Counted from the stretch's first letter, positions 11,274 to 23,398 are shown. The stretch is DNA of 64,000 bases from Nitrospina sp. (GCA_018673915.1 JABHBK010000069.1:9272-73271); one strand, 5' to 3'. Translations and numbers: made by a program. The notes: generated by a model from the sequence alone, not told the origin.

Positions 11274-13467
11274 TATTTACTTTCGGAATTTCAACTTTTA
11301 ATAAAGTTCCCTCACCCACAACGCCCTTGATTTCGACCTTACCCTGCCAAGCAAGAACTCGCTCACGAATACCCAATAATCCCAGGGAGTTCAAATGATT
11401 TATTTGGGCCAAATCTATGCCTATCCCATCATCTAAGACCCTTAATTCATACTCGGACTTCCTTTCAAAAAAGTCAACCTTAACGTTCTTTGCTTGAGAG
11501 TGGCGTGAAATATTAGTCAGGGTTTCCTGAAATACTCGGAACAAATCTGTTGATAGTTCCGGTTCTACCCGTATGCCTTGCGGTTCAATATGTAATTCAC
11601 AATTCACATCAGTATTCTCCATAAATTTTTCACTCTGCCATTGTAAAGCCTCACAAAATCCCATTACATCCAGCACTTGAGGCCTTAATTCCGTTGAGAT
11701 TCTTCGTACAGTTTTGATGGAATCATCCAAACACAAATAAATAGAGTTTACTTTATCGCGCATGCGAGTCTCAGATAAGTCCACTCTTTTCTCTAGCCAG
11801 GAAAGATCCAACTTAATAGCCGTCAACATTTGACCCAATTCATCATGTATCTCACGGGAAATGTGTTTTCTCTCTTCCTCGCGAACTTTCTCAACTCTGT
11901 TGTACAGATTCCTCAACTCTTCGTTCAATTTATTTCTTTCATCCGCCAACTTAGCTATGTTGTCATAGTGAAACTTTGCTTTCTTATTGTAATAGACCAG
12001 CAAACTAAAGATTATTGAAAGAAGAATTCCGGCAACACCAATAACTGTAGGAAATCCGGATTTATAGTTTGAAAAAAAACTATCCTCAAATATAATATTT
12101 ACACCAAAGCTTATGTTCCTAAAATCTATTTGCGTCCGATACTGCAAATGATTAGATGGGCTATCTTTGAGAACCCCCTCACTATCAACAAGTCCCTTCT
12201 CAGAGTCATAATATTCAATAGATAGCCCTTCTAATTCCCGAATTTGGGCGTAAGAGCTTAGCAATTTATTAATCTCAAAAACCCCCAAAATGAAGCCCCC
12301 AAACTTATCTTCAGCAAATATTGGAGAAACGATAAGAAAACCCAACCCCCCTTGCACAAACTCAACCACATCGGTTACTTGGGTCTTGCCATTTTGTTTG
12401 GCAAAATCCAGTGTTCGCTTACGGTTTTCCTCAAAAGACAGATCCAAATCTTTAGCAGATTCATTACCTCTTATAGGCTCTAACCATCGGACGACATAAT
12501 TCTCATCCACCCATTCGACCGCTAATAATTCTTTTTTATCTTTGATGTAATTTCTTGCGTCTTTCAACCACTGCTCTTGATTTAAATACATTCTGTTTTG
12601 CCAGCGATATTTCAGGCGATCTAATGAAAGAATATCCTGGTTAATTCTATGAGTGAGAAGACTTTTAAGATGCAGGACTTCATTATTCCTTATACTTTCA
12701 ATATTTTTATATTCTTCAACATTGAGGGCTTTCCAAAAGGATATGGAGACCACCAGCAACCCTACTGCTAAAAATACTGGTAATCCAGGAACTCCGCCTT
12801 CCTCTAAATTCGGGAACTTATATATAATCAGTCCAAATCCCACAACACAAAACCCTATTGAGGTATGTATGGCCATCCTAACCTGACTACCCCAACCAGA
12901 TGCATACTCTATGTCAAATAAGTATCCGACCAGAGCGACCAAAGCTAAACCCGTAATTACTGCCCCAAAAGTCTCTAAGGGTTGGAAGAGTCCAATTAAT
13001 TTAGTTTTTCTATGTATTGGGTTAACAAGGACAAGAGCCAAACCACTTAACAAAAAACATAATGCCGTATTGGGAGCCATTCGCCCTGGGTGGGAGGTCA
13101 TGACCGTTACATAGCCCTCCATAAACAATTCGTCTAGCCCAGTATTTAATCCCCATAGATACTCTGCGAGAGTAATCATTCCTATGAGCAATGTTATTGC
13201 CCCAAAAAAACTTCCCAAAATCAATTTTTCAAGGTTTATACAAATAAGCCCAAGGCCAAAAAATAAAAACCCCAACGCAGTGTTGTACTGCATTGGGGCG
13301 AAGGAGAAATGTATTTGAATTAATTGATGGGATTGGGTGTGCCAACCATAAATAACGATGCTCCCTAATAAAACGCAAAGATAGCCAGAAACATTGGATA
13401 GAAGGGTTTTTCGAGCATCCACTGACTGCACCCAAGTTTTAAGTAAATAAAGGAAAATGCTTCCCAA
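11263..13467 (-). CDS. Membrane sensor histidine kinase (multi-TM + CHASE-like + HisKA_3); true start probably 13569, interrupted by an in-frame TAA
   Basis: EIHDELGQ H-box, QETLTNI..H N-box, DDGIG, GLLGIRER; periplasmic CHASE-like region; overlaps the response regulator. Confidence 0.88.
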   Translation of the reverse strand: MGSIFLYLLKTWVQSVDARKTLLSNVSGYLCVLLGSIVIYGWHTQSHQLIQIHFSFAPMQYNTALGFLFFGLGLICINLEKLILGSFFGAITLLIGMITLAEYLWGLNTGLDELFMEGYVTVMTSHPGRMAPNTALCFLLSGLALVLVNPIHRKTKLIGLFQPLETFGAVITGLALVALVGYLFDIEYASGWGSQVRMAIHTSIGFCVVGFGLIIYKFPNLEEGGVPGLPVFLAVGLLVVSISFWKALNVEEYKNIESIRNNEVLHLKSLLTHRINQDILSLDRLKYRWQNRMYLNQEQWLKDARNYIKDKKELLAVEWVDENYVVRWLEPIRGNESAKDLDLSFEENRKRTLDFAKQNGKTQVTDVVEFVQGGLGFLIVSPIFAEDKFGGFILGVFEINKLLSSYAQIRELEGLSIEYYDSEKGLVDSEGVLKDSPSNHLQYRTQIDFRNISFGVNIIFEDSFFSNYKSGFPTVIGVAGILLSIIFSLLVYYNKKAKFHYDNIAKLADERNKLNEELRNLYNRVEKVREEERKHISREIHDELGQMLTAIKLDLSWLEKRVDLSETRMRDKVNSIYLCLDDSIKTVRRISTELRPQVLDVMGFCEALQWQSEKFMENTDVNCELHIEPQGIRVEPELSTDLFRVFQETLTNISRHSQAKNVKVDFFERKSEYELRVLDDGIGIDLAQINHLNSLGLLGIRERVLAWQGKVEIKGVVGEGTLLKVEIPKVNNGK

Positions 13468-13476
13468 CGCTAAATA

Positions 13477-13569
13477 TTAATCTGTGTTCCACTCCGTAAA
13501 GAAATAATAAATCAATGTAACGGTAAAAACACCCGCCAGACCCACCGTTATAATGCAGCTTAAATTCAT
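13477..13569 (-). CDS. 30-aa hydrophobic ORF in frame with the kinase (detached first TM helix or small protein)
   Basis: GGAG RBS upstream of ATG; MNLSCIITVGLAGVFTVTLIYYFFTEWNTD then TAA at 13477-13479; the same frame continues YLALGSIF into the kinase. Confidence 0.5.
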   Translation of the reverse strand: MNLSCIITVGLAGVFTVTLIYYFFTEWNTD

Positions 13570-13918
13570 TTTTTTCTCCACTTTGAGAATGTGATTAGAA
13601 TGCTTCGCATTTTATATAAAAATCTACCCAAAAAGCAACGAGCCCGTGTATTTTTCAAGCATTTATATTGCTTAAAAAAAACATAATCGCTAGTCAGGAT
13701 CCGGAAAAAGCAAAAATGGTCAATCTTTTACCATTTCAATCAATGATGAGGTGAGCCATTGGTTTCTTTTTTCTGTTGAGTTTTCTCTCTGAGAAATAAA
13801 TATTGAATTTAAATATTATTAAACTAATATAATCTTAGCATTTAGTCGTGGAGAGGACTCCACATTTCTAAGTTGTATTCAATGAAAGTTAGAAATATTC
13901 CTACAAAGTAAATCATTA

Positions 13919-14812
13919 ATGAATTTTGACCCAAACTGTTTGTGCCCTCTTTGTGGCTCCAACCCTGAAAAGGTCTTCTATCCCTATTCCACCAAATTCA
14001 ATAATATTCACTTTAACTATTTAAAGTGTAGCAAGTGCCCCAGTGTCTTTGTCCATCCAATTCCTGACAGCGCAACTCTGGATCTCATGTACTCGAAAAC
14101 GGCTTACCATGATAAATATTCTAATGATAATGAGGAAATAGATTTTACGCTTTCGATAAACTTATTAAAACAGTATGCACAAGACAATGCCTAGGTGCTT
14201 GACTATGGTTGCGGGGTAGGAGCGTTTTTAAAAGTATTGAGTTCCAACGGATTTTTTCCATTTGGAGTGGAGTATGGCTCAGATGTAGCCAAACATGCCA
14301 GAGATATTACTGCATGTGAGGTGATGTCTGTTGAAAAATTTTTAGCCTTATCTCCCAAACCAAGCTTCGATGTAATTTATTTGGGGGATGTGCTGGAACA
14401 TCTTTCAAACCCTATCGATAGTCTTAACACAATATTACCTTTTCTAAAAACCGGCGGCATTTTGTTTGTGGAAGGCCCATTGGAGGACAATCCAAGCCTG
14501 GTTTACTGGGCATCATTAGTATATGGTTGGTTAAAGTATTCATTGCGTTCTGATCTAATCATGTTTCATTCTCCATTCCATCTTTTTCGTACTGAATCAA
14601 AACAACAACTTGCCTTTTTTGGCCGAGTCAGCACTTCTCTTGAGCTAAAACATATGAATATTTTTGAAACAGGATTTCCCTATTCACATGGGGGTTATAT
14701 CAAACGATTTATTGCAAATATTTCAATTATTTTGAGCGGAAAACCCTTTTTTGGCAGAACTTTTGGCAACAGGTTTCAAATGATATTCACAAAGAATGGT
14801 GATAAAATTTAA
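13919..14812 (+). pseudogene. Class I SAM methyltransferase with N-terminal Zn ribbon, split by an in-frame TAG
   Basis: CPLC...CSKC ribbon in ORF 13919-14194; TAG 14192-14194 sits directly before VLDYGCGVG (motif I); DVLEHL later in the same frame. Confidence 0.8.
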
Positions 14813-14870
14813 GGTCCAATATCTACCTCACAACATTGTACTGAGTTAAAAATATCAACTCCTAGAGCTT

Positions 14871-15914
14871 ATGCCCACCCGAACATATAATAAATCCGGC
14901 TTGATTTTAAAACGCGGTTCAAGCTCAGCATCTAAAATGCAGATCAAAGATTTGCAAAGAGATCTCCGGCAATTGGGTTATCTGTATCGCTGGATTGATA
15001 GTGGTTTTGGGCTGGGCACAGAACGAGCCGTCAAAGCTTTGCAGTATGACCTTCTCAACAACCAAGGTCAAAGTACTCGCAATGATGGAGAAGCTCCAGT
15101 AGCTGTAGCCGATTACAATCAGGGGCGGGTAACCGATGTAAATGGTATCGTTAACCAGAATCTGGTCCAATGTATTTCAGACATGCTGGACGATGCTAAG
15201 TATCCCAAACTTCCTTTTGCCGAGAATCCGCAAGAAGCCAATGATGAAGTCATCCAACAATTGGATGCCCTGCGTTCTTCTCAAGTCTCCATCCCCTTCT
15301 TAAAAGCAATCTTCAAACAAGAGTCCAATCTAAAGCACTTCTATGTTCCTCGTGGTAGGGATGATGATAGCTATATAGTTGTGGGGATGGACATCAATGC
15401 AGGAGAAAAACATGTCATCACTTCGCGTGGGTACGGTTTAGGACAATTTACTCTGTTTCATCACCCACCTACAAAGAGCGAAATTAAAAACTTCATGGTG
15501 GCAATAGAGGGAAATATCAGCAAGGCAATTGCAGAACTTAAGGATAAATTTGAAAACTTTGTCACAGGCCCGCCTGGAGGAAGACGTGCAGATGATCGAT
15601 TTGCCGATGGCAGAACTCGAAAGGAACCGATAATCTGCCAATATGATGAAAACGACTCACGTCATTTAACAGATTGCAAAAACTGCGCACAGAATGTTAA
15701 CAAACAAAATATCGTGGCTGACAAAACTCCCTACTACAAGGGTTCTAAAAATAAATTCCAGAAAACCAAATACCACGAAGGTTCTTTTGAAGATGTGCCT
15801 GCCCGTAAGGACTTCCCCTGCGACTGGCCTTATGCCATGCGCCGATATAACGGCTCCGGTGTAAACTCCTACAATTACCAAGCCCGAGTACTAAAGCGTT
15901 TGGCTAATTTGTAA
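14871..15914 (+). CDS. Peptidoglycan-binding-domain protein with lytic transglycosylase/lysozyme-like domain
   Basis: LKRG...IKDLQRDLRQLGY...DSGFG.GTERAVKALQ (PG_binding_1); IFKQESN, GYGLGQ and RRYNG resemble SLT motifs. Confidence 0.7.
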   Translation: MPTRTYNKSGLILKRGSSSASKMQIKDLQRDLRQLGYLYRWIDSGFGLGTERAVKALQYDLLNNQGQSTRNDGEAPVAVADYNQGRVTDVNGIVNQNLVQCISDMLDDAKYPKLPFAENPQEANDEVIQQLDALRSSQVSIPFLKAIFKQESNLKHFYVPRGRDDDSYIVVGMDINAGEKHVITSRGYGLGQFTLFHHPPTKSEIKNFMVAIEGNISKAIAELKDKFENFVTGPPGGRRADDRFADGRTRKEPIICQYDENDSRHLTDCKNCAQNVNKQNIVADKTPYYKGSKNKFQKTKYHEGSFEDVPARKDFPCDWPYAMRRYNGSGVNSYNYQARVLKRLANL

Positions 15915-15933
15915 AACACAAATTAACCGGCAA

Positions 15934-17568
<1,635 letters not shown>

Positions 17569-17592
17569 TCAAATATCCTCATCAATTTCAGT

Positions 17593-18375
17593 TCAGGGTA
17601 AAACCGCCGCCAAATGTTTCTCTATAATCGCCAAATCTGCTTCACAATCGACTCCTATTGAGTCTATATTTGTTTCAACAACTTTAATTTTGAATCCACC
17701 CTCAAGGATGCGCAATTGTTCGAGTTTTTCAATTTTTTCAAGACCCGAATCAGGCAAACTCCCAAAACCCATTAGAAATTTTTTCCTGTATGCGTACAGC
17801 CCAATATGTTTATACCAGAAAGATTTCAATGGGTCGAACGATGAATATTCAATCGAATCACCCCCCCATTTATCTCTATCCCAGGGAATGGGAGCTTTTG
17901 AAAAATACAAGGCTGAGTTGGAATTATCGACCACAACCTTGGTAACATTTCGATCCATCAGCTCTTCACAGCTTTTAATTAAAATCCTTAACGTGACTGT
18001 TGACTCTATAGCGTTTTCTAATAAAGGGCGCACGACTCGGTCTATATTCTCGGGGGCAATAAGTGGCTCGTCCCCTTGCACATTAACCACAACCTCACAT
18101 TCTCGATCACGAACCACCTCTGCTATACGGTCTGTTCCGGACTCATGATCCGCAGAAGTCATGACGGCGTTACCGCCAAATCCATTTACAGCTTCCAAAA
18201 TCCGGTTATCATCGGTGGCAACAATCACCTCTGAGATACTTTTTGCTTTGCTGGCCTGCTCAAAAACCCATTGCACCATTGGCTTTCCTTTGATGAGGGC
18301 AAGAGGTTTTCCAGGAAACCGCGAGGAAGCCCACCGTGCAGGAATTACGGCTATGACTTTTGAATCAGTAGGCAT
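17593..18375 (-). CDS. kdsB: 3-deoxy-manno-octulosonate cytidylyltransferase
   Basis: IPARWASSRFPGKPL, NVQGDEP, EKLEQLR. Confidence 0.96.
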   Translation of the reverse strand: MPTDSKVIAVIPARWASSRFPGKPLALIKGKPMVQWVFEQASKAKSISEVIVATDDNRILEAVNGFGGNAVMTSADHESGTDRIAEVVRDRECEVVVNVQGDEPLIAPENIDRVVRPLLENAIESTVTLRILIKSCEELMDRNVTKVVVDNSNSALYFSKAPIPWDRDKWGGDSIEYSSFDPLKSFWYKHIGLYAYRKKFLMGFGSLPDSGLEKIEKLEQLRILEGGFKIKVVETNIDSIGVDCEADLAIIEKHLAAVLP

Positions 18376-19777
18376 GCCGGTTGATCAATCCTTTCCATAT
18401 GGTCATGACAAGAATTTTCAAATCAAACAATAAAGACCAGTTTTTAATATAATATAAGTCACACTCAATCCTTTTTTCCAAAGAGGTATTTCCCCTCCAA
18501 CCATTTACTTGAGCCCACCCAGTTAACCCCGCCTTCATCTTCAATCGCAACATATAAAAAGGAATGGATTTCTTGAACTCTTCTACAAACACTGGTCGTT
18601 CAGGACGTGGACCCACCAAGCTCATTTGCCCGCTAAAAACATTAAATAATTGAGGCAGTTCATCCAGGCTAGTCTGCCTTAAAATCGTACCAACTCGGGT
18701 GCGCCTGTCATCATTCTCCTTCGCCCAAACTGGTCCAGTTTGATTCTCCGCCTCAGTGGTCATGGATCGAAACTTGTACATCCAGAAAACGTTTCGGTCT
18801 AACCCCATGCGCTCTTGCCGATAAAATAAGGGTCCTTGAGATTCCAGTTTAAGAATTATTCCAATGAGAACCATAAGAGGAAAAGCAATAATAAGGGCAA
18901 ACCCAGAAAGAACAATATCTGAAAACCGCTTCAATACAATATTCCATCCATAAAGGGGAGATTCAAATAGGTTGATCAGTGGCATCCCATCAAGCTCTTC
19001 TACCCCTGAATGCAAATCCATATATCGTAAAAGATCGGGCACTAGTTTGATGTCAACGGTTTCCTCTCCTAAAGAGGTTAAAATTTCTTCGAGTTGATCA
19101 TGAGCCTTATACGGCAACGCGATGAAAAGCTGGTCCACTTCGTTTTCTCGAATAACCCGAACCACATCTTGATAAGCACCCAAAACTGTATGGCCCCTAA
19201 ATAACTTTCCCACATTTTCGGGAGAATCGGATAAATAGCCCACTACTGAAAAACCAATTTCGGGATTTTTCACCAACCTTTCCACAACCTTCTGCCCAAG
19301 CTCTTCTGCCCCGATTACCAAAACTTTTTTTAGGTTAACCCCCTTGGCATGCATCTCTTTAATCAACAGACCCGCTAGTTGATGGGAAAAAAACAACATA
19401 ATAGTAGCGATTAGCCAGAAGTATACGACCATGATCCGGGAAAAGGTTAAGTCACGGATAAAAAACGTAGCTGCCATGAGCATAAGAACCGACAAAGTGG
19501 CTAATTTCAAAGCCCCTAAGGCCTGACTCATCTTCGATTGTTTACTGGACTGATAAGCAAACCCAAGCACCCGACCATTAATAAGAAATACTATCCAAAT
19601 AGGCGCTATTGCATACAAGTACATATTTTCACTCGGTATAGGACCGGAGGGAGCAATTAGTTGTAATTTAAACCGGATTAAATAAGCAAACAACCAGGAG
19701 AGAGTTACTGCCAAAGCATCAAGAAAAAATAAGACCGTCAGGTAAAGTTGACCATGTTTCCGAATCATATATGACAA
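18365..19777 (-). CDS. wcaJ: Undecaprenyl-phosphate glucose phosphotransferase
   Basis: KFRSM, SLDELPQLFNV, GPRPERP, GLTGWAQVNGWRG. Confidence 0.88.
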   Translation of the reverse strand: MSYMIRKHGQLYLTVLFFLDALAVTLSWLFAYLIRFKLQLIAPSGPIPSENMYLYAIAPIWIVFLINGRVLGFAYQSSKQSKMSQALGALKLATLSVLMLMAATFFIRDLTFSRIMVVYFWLIATIMLFFSHQLAGLLIKEMHAKGVNLKKVLVIGAEELGQKVVERLVKNPEIGFSVVGYLSDSPENVGKLFRGHTVLGAYQDVVRVIRENEVDQLFIALPYKAHDQLEEILTSLGEETVDIKLVPDLLRYMDLHSGVEELDGMPLINLFESPLYGWNIVLKRFSDIVLSGFALIIAFPLMVLIGIILKLESQGPLFYRQERMGLDRNVFWMYKFRSMTTEAENQTGPVWAKENDDRRTRVGTILRQTSLDELPQLFNVFSGQMSLVGPRPERPVFVEEFKKSIPFYMLRLKMKAGLTGWAQVNGWRGNTSLEKRIECDLYYIKNWSLLFDLKILVMTIWKGLINRHAY

Positions 19778-20061
19778 AAGAAATCGCTTCCTTCTCTTTA
19801 TATCTTTCCTGCGAGAATTTTAATTTCCCGAAGAAATAAAGAATTCTGGACAAATATTATTTGAAAAACATTAGGGTTTTATCTGAAGAAATGGAGCCTT
19901 AAACCACCAGAGCCGACAGGGATTTCAGATCAGGCGATCAGGAATTTGATATCAGGAAATGCCTGCATACAAAGACCTGTATGGAAGGAGAATAACCCAA
20001 AATTTAACTGGCTTCAACCGATAAGTGGGGAAGTGAAGGCAAAAGGTTGCAAAGCGGCTAA

Positions 20062-21057
20062 CTACTGAATCTGGTTTAATTGGGCAAGAATTTTCCCTCG
20101 TACCTCGGCAGGAGGATTTTTTTTCAACGCACCCTCTAGAACTTCAATTGCACGGCTGGTTTCACCTTTTTTAGAATAGGTCATACCAAGCATATATCGG
20201 GAATCGTGCGCCTTATTCCCTCTTGGAAATTTATTTAAAACTGTCTCAAACTGAAGAACCGCATCATCATACATTTCCAATGCCACATAATTGGTGCCAA
20301 TCCAAAAAGCAATATTATCTTTAAGTTTATTGGGAGGATTACTCAGGTCCAGATTTTGAAACAACAAAATTGACTCATCATAATTCCTATTCCGATAAGC
20401 AGCTAGAGCTTTGTCATATTCGGGAGGATTCTTTGCCGATGCTCTGCGAGTCCTCTTTTTATGAACAGGCCTTGCTTGGGATTTTTGCATTTTTATTCGG
20501 GCAATCTCTTCATTGAGCCGGGCCATCTGCGCCTTTAAATCTTCAACCTCAGGCTCCAGAAAGTCAGACGAGTCTGTAACCGATGAGACGCCACTCTCCA
20601 GCCTTTCACTTGCTGCATTAATTTTAGGTTCCAATGTACTCAACACCTCTTCAAGCTCTCGAACCTTGCTAATCAATGCCTCTTGCTGGCTTTGCAGACT
20701 TTCCACATCCCCCTTCAGCTCGCTCCTATCAGTACGTTGATCAACACTGGCAAAGCCATCCGGATCCCCATCTATAAAACCATCTTCCCCTTCATCTATT
20801 TCTGAGAAACCTTTATCCTCGGAAAAGAAATCATCTTCATCGGAACCGCCTCTATCATCATCCCTACCACGACGCCTATCATCACGAGCCATTTCTCTAT
20901 CATCTTCAAATGGGAAATCTTCTTCAAAAGCCAGGTCATCATCATCTTCAGCCATCCAGGGAAGATAGCTACAACCATTAAAAAACAATGAAAAAAGAAG
21001 TACCAATGCAAGAATGAGGCGGGTGAAAATGTGGGTGGGCGACATGTTTAACTCCAT
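20062..21057 (-). CDS. CpoB/YbgF-like lipoprotein with acidic N-terminal region, coiled coil and TPR
   Basis: Lipobox FFNGC, D/E/F-rich tract, heptad coiled coil, C-terminal Y..AL..Y / FWIG / KFP.G.K TPRs. Confidence 0.7.
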   Translation of the reverse strand: MELNMSPTHIFTRLILALVLLFSLFFNGCSYLPWMAEDDDDLAFEEDFPFEDDREMARDDRRRGRDDDRGGSDEDDFFSEDKGFSEIDEGEDGFIDGDPDGFASVDQRTDRSELKGDVESLQSQQEALISKVRELEEVLSTLEPKINAASERLESGVSSVTDSSDFLEPEVEDLKAQMARLNEEIARIKMQKSQARPVHKKRTRRASAKNPPEYDKALAAYRNRNYDESILLFQNLDLSNPPNKLKDNIAFWIGTNYVALEMYDDAVLQFETVLNKFPRGNKAHDSRYMLGMTYSKKGETSRAIEVLEGALKKNPPAEVRGKILAQLNQIQ

Positions 21058-21180
21058 CGTATTTCAATAAGGATAAATTACCCCTTAATAATCAATGAAT
21101 TATATGGTTTTGACCTAAAAATGTCAACCTCATATATGAATGATTTGTTCTTCTCAAAATATTCTATTATTTATCGAATT

Positions 21181-22371
21181 TTAAAGGGATTTCATTAATT
21201 TTTTATTATTCATTTCTTTAGAAAATCCCACCCGGTTTAATAATACTGTCTCCTCCAAAACCTTAGCGGCTTCTTCGACTTCCGCCAATGTATTACCCCA
21301 ACCAAAACTGAAACGAATGGATGAGTTGATTTTATCCAGGGGTATTCCCATTGCTGTTAACACCGGTGAAGGCAACCCACTTCCCGAACTGCACGCTGAT
21401 CCCGTAGAAACTGCCACTCCAGCCATATCTAAACCAATCAGTAACGTATCCCCTTCAACCTCATCGAATCCCAGGTTCAGAGTATTAGGGAGCCTGTTTT
21501 CCAAATCACCAAAGATCTCCACCCCTGAAATCTGATTAGAGATCAATTTATAAAAATGCTCTCGCAAAGAAGAAAGGCTTGAAGATTCTTGGGAAACTAA
21601 ATGTTTCTGTGCAAGCTCGCAAGCTTTACCAAAACCCGCTATTCCCGCCACATTTTCGGTCCCTCCTCTTCTCTTTTTCTCCTGACCTCCCCCACAAATG
21701 GGTGAAAATAATTCAGGGCTTCCCCTCTTTAAATAGAGGGCTCCAACCCCCTTAGGACCATTCAACTTATGCGCTGAAATGGATAACATGTCGATCGGAG
21801 CATCTTGAACCTCAACCTGAATTTTACCTACACTTTGCACCGCATCGGTGTGAAACAACACTCCCTTTTTCCTTGCGATCTCTCCAATTTTTTCAATGTC
21901 CTGTAATACCCCCGTCTCACTGTTGGCATGTTGCAAGGAAAGCAGCAAAGTCGACTCTGTCAAGCAATCTTCCAAAGCATCCAAGTCAATTCGCCCCAAC
22001 TTATCGACCTTTAGCAGATCCACATTAAAGCCCAGGTTCTCCAATTGCCTGCAGGGATTCAAAATCGATGGGTGTTCCACTTGACTGGTAACGATATGCC
22101 CCCCACCTTTCCCCAATCCTAAAGCCACTCCTAATAAGGCAAAATTATTTGCCTCTGTCCCTCCACTAGTAAAAACTATTTCCGATGGAGAAGCTCCAAT
22201 AAGGTTGGCCACATGTTCCCGAGACTCATCCACTAAAACGCGGGCTGACCTCCCTATAGAGTGAACACTGGAAGGATTCCCAACCTGTTTCTCCAAAACA
22301 TTCGTTACGATATCCAGAACTTCTGGAGCAACCGGCGTGGTAGCATTATGATCAAGATAAATTTTATTCAA
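21181..22371 (-). CDS. iscS: Cysteine desulfurase (IscS/NifS)
   Basis: IYLDHNATT, HTDAVQ, SAHKLNGPKG, STGSACSSG. Confidence 0.92.
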   Translation of the reverse strand: MNKIYLDHNATTPVAPEVLDIVTNVLEKQVGNPSSVHSIGRSARVLVDESREHVANLIGASPSEIVFTSGGTEANNFALLGVALGLGKGGGHIVTSQVEHPSILNPCRQLENLGFNVDLLKVDKLGRIDLDALEDCLTESTLLLSLQHANSETGVLQDIEKIGEIARKKGVLFHTDAVQSVGKIQVEVQDAPIDMLSISAHKLNGPKGVGALYLKRGSPELFSPICGGGQEKKRRGGTENVAGIAGFGKACELAQKHLVSQESSSLSSLREHFYKLISNQISGVEIFGDLENRLPNTLNLGFDEVEGDTLLIGLDMAGVAVSTGSACSSGSGLPSPVLTAMGIPLDKINSSIRFSFGWGNTLAEVEEAAKVLEETVLLNRVGFSKEMNNKKLMKSL

Positions 22372-22473
22372 TTTAAAATACCTACAAGAATTATCCGCTA
22401 AACCAAGGTGCGAAGAAAGGGTTCGGGTTTAATCAGGAAGCAACAGAGCCTGTGTTTCGCCAATTATCTAAAT

Positions 22474-23205
22474 TCAGGATTTAGACTGGCCGGAGACCCG
22501 TTTTATATTGGAAGGATCCATTGCAACTGGTTTTGCAGGTGCGGGGTCAATTCCCTTCTGCCCCAGGGTTTCCTTTAGTTGGCGGATTTCTTTTTCCATT
22601 CGAGGCAAACTATCCAACATGCACTCAATTGCCCGAGCCACTGGATCAGGAAAGGATTCCAGACCCTCATTGTCTTCCATATCAGAAGAAATACCGGAAA
22701 AAACCACCCTTCCAGGAACTCCTATAACGGTGGAATATTCTGGAACATCTTGGAGAACTACCGACCCGGAACCTATTTTCGTGTTACGACCCACATGGAT
22801 AGGACCCAAAACCTTTGCCCCAGCACCAATGACAACATCGTTAGCGATGGTAGGGTGACGTTTGACTTTTTTGGTTGCAAATCCCCCTAAGGTCACTCCT
22901 TGATAGATAAATACATTATCACCTACCTCTGCAGTTTCTCCAATCACAACGCCCATTCCATGATCGATAAAAAAACGATGCCCAATTTTTGCAGCGGGAT
23001 GAATCTCAATTCCCGTTATCCATCTTGAAAATTGGGATAAGGCCCTGGCTAAAAACTTGAATCCCAAATTCCACAACCCATGAGCCAAGCGATAGCCGAT
23101 CAGAGCATGAACTCCAGGATACAAAATCACTACCTCAAGGAAGTTCCTCGCGGCAGGATCTTTTTCTAAAGCAACCCGGACATCTTCTTTAATTAGACGG
23201 AGCAT
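22474..23205 (-). CDS. cysE: Serine O-acetyltransferase
   Basis: [32 protein letters not shown]. Start placed at ATG 23205; the ORF track starts at 23256. Confidence 0.95.
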   Translation of the reverse strand: MLRLIKEDVRVALEKDPAARNFLEVVILYPGVHALIGYRLAHGLWNLGFKFLARALSQFSRWITGIEIHPAAKIGHRFFIDHGMGVVIGETAEVGDNVFIYQGVTLGGFATKKVKRHPTIANDVVIGAGAKVLGPIHVGRNTKIGSGSVVLQDVPEYSTVIGVPGRVVFSGISSDMEDNEGLESFPDPVARAIECMLDSLPRMEKEIRQLKETLGQKGIDPAPAKPVAMDPSNIKRVSGQSKS

Positions 23206-23398
23206 AGATTTGGGCTTGGGGTATAAGTTATTGTTTATTGTAATATTATACTCCACTCAACACCAAACAAAAAGCCCCCTTTCCAAATAGTTCCCTTCAG
23301 CACCCTTTCTAAAGCTGAGAAAGGCAATGCCCCTTTCAACCCGGGTATTTCTATATTTACTAAAAAGAGCTCTGTAGAGAGGGCCAACAGATGCAGAT

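Noticed and set aside
14192-14194. Genome-wide TAG recoding or pyrrolysine
   Set aside because: Several intact genes here end normally at TAG (e.g. 20062, 23399, 45137, 54142) and no Pyl machinery is visible.
19890-20045. 6S RNA
   Set aside because: No convincing long rod with a central bubble could be built by eye and the usual neighbours are absent; kept only as a generic sRNA candidate.
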